From a virus (lineage: Duplodnaviria; Caudoviricetes), in IMG/VR virus record IMGVR_UViG_3300032239_002165, positions 1 to 28,127 of that record: DNA of 28,127 nucleotides; one strand, given 5' to 3'. The notes under the pieces were generated by a model. That model was not told the origin of the DNA. It ran no database searches and worked only from the letters and a program-made list of their open reading frames with translations. The translations under genes and the position numbers were made by a program. How positions within the stretch are numbered: the first letter of the stretch is position 1; each line of letters starts with the position of its first letter. Positions 18,237-25,202 of the stretch are shown here, piece by piece.

Positions 18237-18448
18237 TAGTTTGTCTTCTTGTGGCTTGAGGTGAATCCGGCGCCCTTTGCCTTCTGCTCTTCCATAGACT
18301 TTTGAGCCGCTTCGGCAAAACTTGAAAATGCCGTGATGAACCCTTCATGACGCGCTTGCTCAATCCTCCCCATGGCAGAGCCAAATCCGGCAACTAATCC
18401 AAGAACTACGCCAAAAAGAGTGCCGCCAATAAAAAGTGCTACTTCCAT
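18236..18448 (-). CDS. Small N-terminally membrane-anchored protein
   Basis: TM at residues 3-25; GGAG RBS; coupled to both GT genes. Confidence 0.75.
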   Translation of the reverse strand: MEVALFIGGTLFGVVLGLVAGFGSAMGRIEQARHEGFITAFSSFAEAAQKSMEEQKAKGAGFTSSHKKTN

Positions 18449-18449
18449 G

Positions 18450-19265
18450 CTACTCCTCCTTTGCCAGGGCCCTAAGGGCTGCCAGGTCGTACTTCAGATT
18501 GACTTGGCCGGCATGTGTCGACCGAGCATTTAACTTGACATAGATCTTACCACCAATAGATCGCCAATCGTCACAAAACGTGTAGTCCTCACCAATGAAA
18601 TGGTTATCTCGCCGACCATAACGGAAATATTCAACCGTTCGGTGGGTGACACCGCCGACATCTTCAAGGTACCAGCGGTCCGGAAAAGCCTTCTGGTATT
18701 TCTCAAGGGCTCGCCGCGAGATAATCATTGCTCCGGTCCCAGCGTGCGTAGCCTCAAGCAAACCTAGCTCTTCATCTTGATTTGTGGGGTTTGGTGCGGC
18801 GGAGTCCAACACGAAGTTTGGCGTACCAAGAACTGCCTGAATTGCTTCGGCAGCAACCTCCGGATGCTTGCGCATCATTCCAACGCTGCGGCCCCAGTCA
18901 ATGGCTCGTTTAAGGCACGGCAGCGCCACTATGTCCTTGTCCGCAATCATTGCCATCATGACATCTTCCCAATGCACTGAAATGTCAGCGTCAAGAAACA
19001 GCATGTGGGTAGATTTTGTTTCATCCATGAACTGCGCGACGCACCGGTTACGAGCTGCAACCAGCATGGAGTTGCCGATGACAAAGGACCAGGAGAATGG
19101 TACGCCAACGGTCAAACAGGCTTGCTGAATTCCCAGAAGCGAATGCACGTATCCGTGGTTTACCTGGCCGTCGATAATCGGCGTGACTGAGAACAGAGAC
19201 AGGGGCGAGGCCTTGGGGGGCTGGTCCGCCTTCTGGTCTTTGTTCCGTTTCTTTTTATTTCCCAT
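18450..19265 (-). CDS. Glycosyltransferase, GT-A fold (paralog 2), leaderless
   Basis: SVTPIIDG...GNSMLVAARN...LFLDADI...GTGAMIISR...GEDYTFC. ATG 19265 lies 6 nt after TATGAT. Confidence 0.85.
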   Translation of the reverse strand: MGNKKKRNKDQKADQPPKASPLSLFSVTPIIDGQVNHGYVHSLLGIQQACLTVGVPFSWSFVIGNSMLVAARNRCVAQFMDETKSTHMLFLDADISVHWEDVMMAMIADKDIVALPCLKRAIDWGRSVGMMRKHPEVAAEAIQAVLGTPNFVLDSAAPNPTNQDEELGLLEATHAGTGAMIISRRALEKYQKAFPDRWYLEDVGGVTHRTVEYFRYGRRDNHFIGEDYTFCDDWRSIGGKIYVKLNARSTHAGQVNLKYDLAALRALAKEE

Positions 19266-19271
19266 GCCGGA

Positions 19272-19301
19272 ATCATACTCCACAAAATCAGCTCTGTGCA
19301 A
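19272..19301 (-). promoter_or_regulatory. Sigma70-type promoter, leaderless
   Basis: TTGCAC-N18-TATGAT-tccggc-ATG. Confidence 0.6.
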
Positions 19302-19322
19302 CTTTTTGTTGTGACCCGTTTT

Positions 19323-19388
19323 GGGGAAGGGGGGGAGAACCTTTAAGGAGAGGGGGGGATGGGGGCTCAGGGACTCAGGGTTCTGGGG
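19323..19388 (+). other. G-tract cluster (G-quadruplex-competent)
   Basis: Seven runs of 3-7 G in 66 nt of intergenic DNA. Confidence 0.6.
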
Positions 19389-19591
19389 AATAGTATTTGT
19401 TAGTAACTACCTTTGTGTTTGGGACCTAGTTCTCTTGGGCAGGAACAAGTGATTTTGTGCTCAAATTTGGGCGCGTTTTATTTTTTTAAGCACGACACAC
19501 GCAGTTTTGGCACTCCACTGTTCTGTGGTGTAGGATGCACAGTCCAAGAACTTTGGGGGGGATTGGGGCGACGGGCGAAGGGGGACGGGGA

Positions 19592-19951
19592 ATGGACTCA
19601 AAAGAGTTAAAGCTAGTGAGCGAAAAGGCAGAGTGTTTGCATTCAGCTGCGGTAATCCAGGGGCCAGATGGGCTGCGGACATATGGCTTGCCGGTAGATG
19701 CCGATCAATGCCTTCAGTGCGCATGGCGAGCTTTTGAACAATCTTGGGGGAAAAACAAAGAGCTTCCGTCAGTGCAAATTTTTTATTGGGCGCACAGCGA
19801 CGATAAAGAACCGCACTGGGTGGTAGAAGCATTCCCGGAGAGTGAAGACGCAGGCATTGTGTCGTTTATTGGCCGTGGCGCAACCCCAGGTCAGGCACTG
19901 TTTGATTTGAGTCGAGAGATTACTTCTTCTTTGAGGGATCAGCGCCCATAA
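19592..19951 (+). CDS. Hypothetical protein with HicB-like C-terminal motif
   Basis: Start MDSKELK; WVVEAFPE...GRGATPGQALFDL resembles the HicB N-domain (V.FPD...G.T.eEA). Confidence 0.55.
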   Translation: MDSKELKLVSEKAECLHSAAVIQGPDGLRTYGLPVDADQCLQCAWRAFEQSWGKNKELPSVQIFYWAHSDDKEPHWVVEAFPESEDAGIVSFIGRGATPGQALFDLSREITSSLRDQRP

Positions 19952-20144
19952 TTACGTGGGTTTCTTGCGGGATCTTTTCTTGCCAAGCCCAACCAGAACC
20001 CTTGTAAGTAATTTTTGGTGCGTTAAACACAACCCGCATTTCGCCATTGCACACAAGGCACAGTTCCTTAGAGTCATCGCTCATCTTGCGCACGGTCTCT
20101 CGGATAATATCGCACTTTGTGCATTTGTAATCGTACGTTGGCAT
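19920..20144 (-). CDS. FmdB-family zinc-ribbon protein
   Basis: MPTYDYKCTKC...CLVCNG.MR......I.YKGSGW; AAGGAG RBS. Confidence 0.9.
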   Translation of the reverse strand: MPTYDYKCTKCDIIRETVRKMSDDSKELCLVCNGEMRVVFNAPKITYKGSGWAWQEKIPQETHVIMGADPSKKK

Positions 20145-20155
20145 TGTTTCTCCTT

Positions 20156-20227
20156 TGGTGGAGCCGGGAAGGAGTTTCACCCTCCGTTACCCGTCAGCAT
20201 GATGACCTTCGGCGTATGCTCGGCCCC
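20156..20227 (-). ncRNA. 72-nt tRNA-Ala / tmRNA-TLD-like RNA
   Basis: GGGGCCG...CGGCTCC-ACCA acceptor with G3-U70; T-arm GGAGGG-TGAAACT-CCTTCC; starts 6 nt after TGtTATAGT. Confidence 0.65.
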
Positions 20228-20233
20228 AACTGG

Positions 20234-20242
20234 ACTATAACA
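20234..20242 (-). promoter_or_regulatory. Extended -10 promoter (TGtTATAGT)
   Basis: TATAGT-ccagtt-GGGGCCG, the same 6-nt spacing as the leaderless promoters. Confidence 0.65.
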
Positions 20243-20244
20243 CG

Positions 20245-20631
20245 TCATAGACCCAGGGTCACTTCTCCCGGCATTGCATTATCTCGCCTAGCCTGGTCCT
20301 CCTGGACTTTCCAGCGCTTGGCAATCTTGCGAACAGACCAAGATGACCTAAGAAGCGCCCGGGCTCGTTCCCGTTGCGTATTTGCCCAGGACTCCAGCTC
20401 TTCGGAGGTAGTCGCCAGGTAGATGCCAGCTGGGGAATCAGATGCCGAACAAATCGGCTGTTCCCAAGTATTTCGCAGTTCTTCAACTGCTAATTGAATT
20501 GCTCGGCTGTTCCATCGAGTTCGCTCAGACAAATCTTTATATGTGACTGCGTTTTTTCGCCCAACGCTAATTTGACCCAGAATAAATACAAGCTCTGATC
20601 CCATTTTGGCATCCATAACAACCTCCTGCAA
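20245..20631 (-). CDS. Winged-HTH DNA-binding protein
   Basis: GRKNAVTYKDLSERT...RAIQLAVEELR...PICS...GIYLATT.EE. True start is likely MDAK at 20616 (GGAGG RBS). Confidence 0.75.
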   Translation of the reverse strand: MQEVVMDAKMGSELVFILGQISVGRKNAVTYKDLSERTRWNSRAIQLAVEELRNTWEQPICSASDSPAGIYLATTSEELESWANTQRERARALLRSSWSVRKIAKRWKVQEDQARRDNAMPGEVTLGL

Positions 20632-20651
20632 AAGATTTAAATAACATTTTT

Positions 20652-20680
20652 ACAATACGCTTATAGACGGGTGGTGTCAA
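20652..20680 (-). promoter_or_regulatory. Sigma70-type promoter
   Basis: TTGACA-N17-TATTGT. Confidence 0.7.
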
Positions 20681-20681
20681 A

Positions 20682-21377
20682 TTAAGGTATAAATCGAACC
20701 TCAATATCATTGCGCCAACCAGCCGTTGTTGGCGTAAAAGGCCACGAAGGGACTTTGTTATTTTTATATGCCCCCAATGCTGCCCAGACTTGTGGGCTCA
20801 GGTCAATCAAGCTGTCGTCTTTTGAGTTGCCGGGCGTCCCCTGCCTACAATCGCAAAAATCAGCAATCCACACTTCTACCCATTTGCCAGTGTGTGTTGA
20901 AATAATAAGTAATTTTTGGGAAGGAACAGTGTGCCACTCGGGGACACTTAGATATTTGCGAAGCCGTGGGCCAATAGCGGCATACAAGTTCTTTAAAGTG
21001 GTTTTCCAAGGGCGAACCATTGCCGTCCAGCCACCCATATCCCGAAGGTAGCAGCGCCATTTTGGGTTTTGGGCGCACTGCGTTTCATTGGCATAAACCC
21101 AGGTCTTAGGGGAGTCATACCACGCACGAGAATGTTGGTAGGCGTCATACACGGTGCCAAAACCGTTTACGCGAAAGGAATTCTGCCACTTGGGGGCCCA
21201 CTCATTGCCCTTGGGTGATGGAACTGGGGGCTGGTCGTAAAAACCCTTTGCCGGTGGCTCCTGGACGGGTTCTGGCGGATTCCAGGAACCCACTGCGGAA
21301 AGGATTCCCGTAGCCACGGCCAACACAACGAGCACTGTCAAAAATCGTCGATGAGCTCTGTGTGCCTGTGGCTTCAT
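20682..21377 (-). CDS. Membrane-anchored RlpA/expansin-like double-psi beta-barrel protein
   Basis: N-terminal TM and Pro-rich linker; YAA...VEVWIADFCDC...LIDLSPQVWAALG...IEVRF is a DPBB pattern. AGGAGG RBS. Confidence 0.7.
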   Translation of the reverse strand: MKPQAHRAHRRFLTVLVVLAVATGILSAVGSWNPPEPVQEPPAKGFYDQPPVPSPKGNEWAPKWQNSFRVNGFGTVYDAYQHSRAWYDSPKTWVYANETQCAQNPKWRCYLRDMGGWTAMVRPWKTTLKNLYAAIGPRLRKYLSVPEWHTVPSQKLLIISTHTGKWVEVWIADFCDCRQGTPGNSKDDSLIDLSPQVWAALGAYKNNKVPSWPFTPTTAGWRNDIEVRFIP

Positions 21378-21516
21378 CTGGGCCTCCTCATGCGATCTTA
21401 CTACATCTTCATGATTTGTCTACAGCGTAGCCGGTTTGCCAGTTGGCTATTTTCTCTAGCTCAGGTATGCTCATAAGTAAGCATCACCTACCAAGAGCGT
21501 ATCATACGGAGGACCC

Positions 21517-21981
21517 ATGGTCAATCTTCCAGTCAGCATAGAGCCGATAGATAGCCTTTCTCTGCACCCGGATAACCCTCGAGAAGGCGACATAGGGTCT
21601 ATTGTTACCAGCATTCGACAAAACGGTTGGTTTGGATCTGTTGTTGTTCAAAAGTCCACGGGCTACGTCCTGGCGGGAAATCATCGCTTGCAAGCTGCAA
21701 AAATCTGTGGGATTAAAGAAGTACCGGTATTTTGGGTTGATTGCAACGATGATCGAGCCAAAGCAATTCTGCTTGCAGATAATAAAACGGCGGAGTTGGC
21801 CAGCTGGAACGACCACGCGCTTTTGGCCTTGCTTCAAGAGGCAGACGCCAACAGCTATTTGCTCGACACGGCGTTTGACCAGGATGACATACAGAAACTT
21901 CTCTCTAAGCTTAATGCAGATGAGTCCCCTGATGGAGATGTCTGCCCAACGTGTGGGTCCAAGCGCAAGAAAGGCCGATAG
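21517..21981 (+). CDS. ParB-like (ParB/Srx N-terminal domain) protein
   Basis: HPDNPR.GD...SIRQNGW...VLAGNHRLQAA...LADNKTAELASW; C-terminal CPTC. Confidence 0.9.
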   Translation: MVNLPVSIEPIDSLSLHPDNPREGDIGSIVTSIRQNGWFGSVVVQKSTGYVLAGNHRLQAAKICGIKEVPVFWVDCNDDRAKAILLADNKTAELASWNDHALLALLQEADANSYLLDTAFDQDDIQKLLSKLNADESPDGDVCPTCGSKRKKGR

Positions 21982-22413
21982 ATGACTTGGTACAAGAATC
22001 TTCCGTTTGAGCTTGTTATCCCCATTGAAATGCCCAAGCGGGCAATGTCTGGTTGGCGAGATGCTGTTGAGGTGCTGGCAGACTCAATGAAGACCTTTGA
22101 TGTCAAGGTAACAGTGGTACGGCTTCACTATCATGTTCCCCCGCGCCAACGTTTTGGGGAAAAGCACCCGATGGGGGAGACAGTCTCGGAGGATGGAGAG
22201 ATTACGCTGTGCTCGAACGATGTAGACACGGTTGTGCATGAGCTAGCGCATGTGAAGTCGAATGAAAACCATACGCCAAAGTGGGCAAGGGCATACTTTA
22301 AGTTTGCTGACCACTACATGGACGAGCAGTACGTTAAAGATGCCATGCGACACGCCTCTAAGTTTTACCCATCGGTGCGGAAAATTGCACGAGAACGAGG
22401 CCTTGTCGGCTAG
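21982..22413 (+). CDS. Zinc metallopeptidase-like protein (HExxH; SprT/WLM-like)
   Basis: TVVHELAH...NHTPKW. Confidence 0.75.
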   Translation: MTWYKNLPFELVIPIEMPKRAMSGWRDAVEVLADSMKTFDVKVTVVRLHYHVPPRQRFGEKHPMGETVSEDGEITLCSNDVDTVVHELAHVKSNENHTPKWARAYFKFADHYMDEQYVKDAMRHASKFYPSVRKIARERGLVG

Positions 22414-22601
22414 TCTTCTTCCGGGGCCGGCCATTCTCGCTCAGGGTTATCGAAAACGACTTCGATGCACATGGCGCAAATGCATTTTTGCTTTCCTGGG
22501 GAATCAGCGCCATACTCCCATACTCGTGAGACCAGCCCGCAATGTGTACAGATGCCTAGCGGGCTTGCCGGCCTACCGTAGGTTACGCGGGGTGGCGTCA
22601 T
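22410..22601 (-). CDS. Zn-finger microprotein
   Basis: CTHC...CAMC; last gene of the leftward operon. Confidence 0.65.
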   Translation of the reverse strand: MTPPRVTYGRPASPLGICTHCGLVSRVWEYGADSPGKQKCICAMCIEVVFDNPEREWPAPEED

Positions 22602-22869
22602 CAAGACCAGCCGTGTAGGCGCAAATAAGATTATAAAACTCTCGCTTGCTTTTTGCTTGAAGCTTTAGGACCGACCGATGCCCGCCACGATTATTAGTTG
22701 TGCAAACGAGCTTCATGCCCCCGTCATACCAAGAGTGATAAAAACCAACCTTTGAGACCTGCTGTCCATCAATTTCCTCCCACAACTTGGTTCCCGGAAG
22801 AAATCCATTGCGCCGGTTGAGAGCGCTGATAACTGCATCAATGTCTTTTTTTGTAAAGATATAACTCAT
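22573..22869 (-). CDS. Hypothetical protein
   Basis: ATGA overlap with the upstream gene; GAGG RBS. Confidence 0.7.
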   Translation of the reverse strand: MSYIFTKKDIDAVISALNRRNGFLPGTKLWEEIDGQQVSKVGFYHSWYDGGMKLVCTTNNRGGHRSVLKLQAKSKREFYNLICAYTAGLDDATPRNLR

Positions 22870-22994
22870 TTCTTCCTCTTCTTTGCAAAGGCAGTGCGAA
22901 CCCCAAGTTTGTTGTTGCGCTGCTGGCGGCGATACTCGGACAGTCCGCTAACCACAATTGCCAGAATTGCAATACCCAGATAAATCGTACCCAT
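22866..22994 (-). CDS. Small membrane protein (42 aa)
   Basis: AAGGAGG RBS; MGTIYLGIAILAIVVSGL followed by a basic tail. Confidence 0.75.
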   Translation of the reverse strand: MGTIYLGIAILAIVVSGLSEYRRQQRNNKLGVRTAFAKKRKK

Positions 22995-23007
22995 GATTCC
23001 CTCCTTG

Positions 23008-23097
23008 CTACCTAAAGCCAGCCGCAGAGACCAGCAACCAGATGATACCACCAATCAAGATGGTTAAAAGCAAATCTGTTGCCTTACTATTCATCAT
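23008..23097 (-). CDS. 29-aa membrane peptide
   Basis: MMNSKATDLLLTILIGGIIWLLVSAAGFR; fills the operon gap. Confidence 0.5.
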   Translation of the reverse strand: MMNSKATDLLLTILIGGIIWLLVSAAGFR

Positions 23098-23296
23098 CAC
23101 ATCCCCCAGCACACCAGTCACTTCCGCATCCGGGGCAAAGCCCCTGGGTCCGAGCAGACTCTTGTAGCTCGTAAACACTGCCTTTGACCGCGTCAAGGAA
23201 TGCGTTGCAACACCAGCAGGCGGAGTATCGGGTTGCTCCGGCGCTGTCGTCGCAGTCAACGTGGATGTGCCCTTCAAAGTGACCTTCATGTGACAT
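23087..23296 (-). CDS. Cys/His-rich microprotein
   Basis: MSHEGHFEGHIHVDC...CWCC...CPGC...; GGAGG RBS. Confidence 0.65.
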   Translation of the reverse strand: MSHEGHFEGHIHVDCDDSAGATRYSACWCCNAFLDAVKGSVYELQESARTQGLCPGCGSDWCAGGCDDE

Positions 23297-23297
23297 C

Positions 23298-23504
23298 TCA
23301 CTTCCTCCCAAAACTCATACCGTTATGCTTCAAGTCCTTCATAAGGTTTTTTATCGCTCGATGGTCTGATGGGGTTCTTGAGGAAAAAACTTTAGCACCC
23401 GTCGGGGATACCCACGCAAGATGGTTATTGGTTCGAACAAAAACCTGCCAGTTTTGATCTTTTGCTGTCTCCAGCAGCTCTTTAAACTCCGGCCTAATCT
23501 TCAT
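23298..23504 (-). CDS. HicA-like toxin (dsRBD-like mRNA interferase fold)
   Basis: KELLETAKDQNW.V...NNHLAWVSPTG......TPSDHRAIKNL..DLK..G, the phage HicA-like pattern with the conserved His. Confidence 0.75.
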   Translation of the reverse strand: MKIRPEFKELLETAKDQNWQVFVRTNNHLAWVSPTGAKVFSSRTPSDHRAIKNLMKDLKHNGMSFGRK

Positions 23505-23853
23505 AAAAAAACCTTGCTTTCAATCGTGCGGCAGTAACCATAACTCCTGGCAAATGGCCAATAAAGTATGACTCTGTCGGATGTCGCTCCAAAGCGTTTT
23601 GTTCAATCAAAAATGCCACAAACTCCTCATTCTCCGTCCAGTCTTTTAACCAAAACCATCCGTGGGGAGCTTGCACATCAAGTTCAACGCTGAGACGGCA
23701 ATATGGCTCAAGCGTTTTATTGTCCCAGCCCTCACACTTGTCGACATACTGGTGCAGTCGAATTTGCTGACCCTCATACTCAACGGTGCAAAAAATTTCT
23801 GGCGGTATATCTCGAAGACGATCAAGCATCCCAATCACCTCAGATCCCTTCAT
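23494..23853 (-). CDS. Hypothetical protein
   Basis: Likely start MKGSEV; EPYCRLSVEL...WLKDWTENE. Confidence 0.7.
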   Translation of the reverse strand: MKGSEVIGMLDRLRDIPPEIFCTVEYEGQQIRLHQYVDKCEGWDNKTLEPYCRLSVELDVQAPHGWFWLKDWTENEEFVAFLIEQNALERHPTESYFIGHLPGVMVTAARLKARFFYED

Positions 23854-24115
23854 GCTCACAGCAGTTCCCCTTTGAGCACCCGGCGCAGGCACATACATCG
23901 CAGGGGTCAAACGCTTGAGGATCAACCGGGTGTGGCTCTTCTACAAAAGCAAGGCTCATCACCCTTCGCCATTCGTGATGATCGCCATTAAAACAGTTAA
24001 ACCCATCTGAGTTGTCACACTCACAAGAAGCGTTAGAGGCAAACCACATTGCGCTGCTTGGGCTTAGTAGCCCTAACCTGTACCTGCCCCAAGCTTGCTC
24101 CAGCGACCAGCCCAT
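23840..24115 (-). CDS. Cys-rich hypothetical protein
   Basis: AGGAG RBS before MGWSLEQ; CDVCACAGC...CCEH. Confidence 0.7.
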   Translation of the reverse strand: MGWSLEQAWGRYRLGLLSPSSAMWFASNASCECDNSDGFNCFNGDHHEWRRVMSLAFVEEPHPVDPQAFDPCDVCACAGCSKGNCCEHEGI

Positions 24116-24126
24116 ATCTTCTCCTA

Positions 24127-24291
24127 TCACTTTTTGTTTCGCCGCACATCGATGCTGAGTACCGCAAGGCCAAACAGAAAGAATATCCCTGACAGAATAA
24201 TATTAATTGGTTCTTTAGCAACTACGCCTGCCAATAAGAGAAATGCGCCACCGCCCACAATAACAAGATCTTGCATAATATCGTATTTCAT
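24127..24291 (-). CDS. 2-TM membrane protein (54 aa), not in the ORF track
   Basis: MKYDIMQDLVIVGGGAFLLLAGVVAKEPINIILSGIFFLFGLAVLSIDVRRNKK; ATGA overlap. Confidence 0.75.
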   Translation of the reverse strand: MKYDIMQDLVIVGGGAFLLLAGVVAKEPINIILSGIFFLFGLAVLSIDVRRNKK

Positions 24292-24611
24292 CCTGCCAGT
24301 GCCTCATCTATGTAATGCCGGCTGATATCGTGCCATTCAATTTTTGGCCAATAGCTCGACCAAATTGCGTCGCCGGCTGGACCACGAAGGTCTTCTTGTT
24401 TTAGGTGACCCAGATACACCTCTTCGCAATACGCCTGTAGCCATTCTGCTAGCGAGCAGGTAGCCCCGTTGTCGTCCAGTTCCGTTTCGTTAGTGAAATC
24501 TTCAAGCTCTCGGTTTGCCTGCCTCAAAATGCTCTCGTCATCGCTTTCGCCAATCCAAAGTGCCATGTTCCAGGTTTCCCAGTTAACCCAGCCATTGTAC
24601 TTTTCGCACAT
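24288..24611 (-). CDS. Acidic phage early protein (YNGWxNxETW family)
   Basis: YNGWVNWETWNMALWI; highly acidic; GAGG RBS. Confidence 0.8.
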   Translation of the reverse strand: MCEKYNGWVNWETWNMALWIGESDDESILRQANRELEDFTNETELDDNGATCSLAEWLQAYCEEVYLGHLKQEDLRGPAGDAIWSSYWPKIEWHDISRHYIDEALAG

Positions 24612-24630
24612 TCCTCTTTACCCTTCTCTT

Positions 24631-25188
24631 TTAAAATGGCAGGTCTGCAGAGACATGCTTATGTCCGCAGCACTCCGGTACGTTTTCGTAGCCGTGCTTT
24701 TTTGTCTCATTGTTATACACAGTCCTGAGGGCGGCCAGGCACTTGTCGCACCGGCACGCTTCGCACAGGTACGCTTCCTTTGCAAACAGTCGCCAAACAT
24801 GAGCAACGTCGTGCTCAAGCGCAGTCTTCATTACGTGAATGAATGCTTTAGCCGGGTGCGGCCCAATGTGAGACTTCTCCAGGCTGTCAAGCGCAAGATC
24901 GCAAGCGGCCCCAAGGTATTCAATGTGCTTGTTCAGCTTGGCAATTACAGCATCTCGATTCTTAATTTCTTGAACGAGCCGGTCAAGCTGGTAGCGCGCA
25001 GGCTGGCCATGCTCGGTGTCCCAATATGCCAGATGCTCGCAGCAACGCTTATCAAGGCACCCCGCGCACGAGCACAACTCACAATTGCTTACTGGCTCCT
25101 TCTTAACCTCTACGTCGTAAGAATCACCCATCTCTTCGTCGTACTTACGAACGGTGATGGTTGCAGCGACTTCCTTCTTCTTTGCCAT
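24631..25188 (-). CDS. Cys-rich hypothetical protein
   Basis: AAGGAG RBS; two Cys clusters CxxCxCxxC...CCxH flanking a coiled coil. Confidence 0.8.
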   Translation of the reverse strand: MAKKKEVAATITVRKYDEEMGDSYDVEVKKEPVSNCELCSCAGCLDKRCCEHLAYWDTEHGQPARYQLDRLVQEIKNRDAVIAKLNKHIEYLGAACDLALDSLEKSHIGPHPAKAFIHVMKTALEHDVAHVWRLFAKEAYLCEACRCDKCLAALRTVYNNETKKHGYENVPECCGHKHVSADLPF

Positions 25189-25202
25189 GATTTCTCCTTC
25201 TA

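Noticed and set aside
20156-20227. Canonical tRNA (Met-CAT or Ala-TGC) or full tmRNA
   Set aside because: No D-stem, a 6-nt loop without proper anticodon geometry, no TTC loop and no tag reading frame. Kept only as a tRNA-like RNA.
21428-21489. Short inverted repeats TAGCC...GGCTA and AGGT.ATGCT...AGCAT.ACCT between divergent genes
   Set aside because: Imperfect, single-copy and without a U-tract; not distinguishable from chance.
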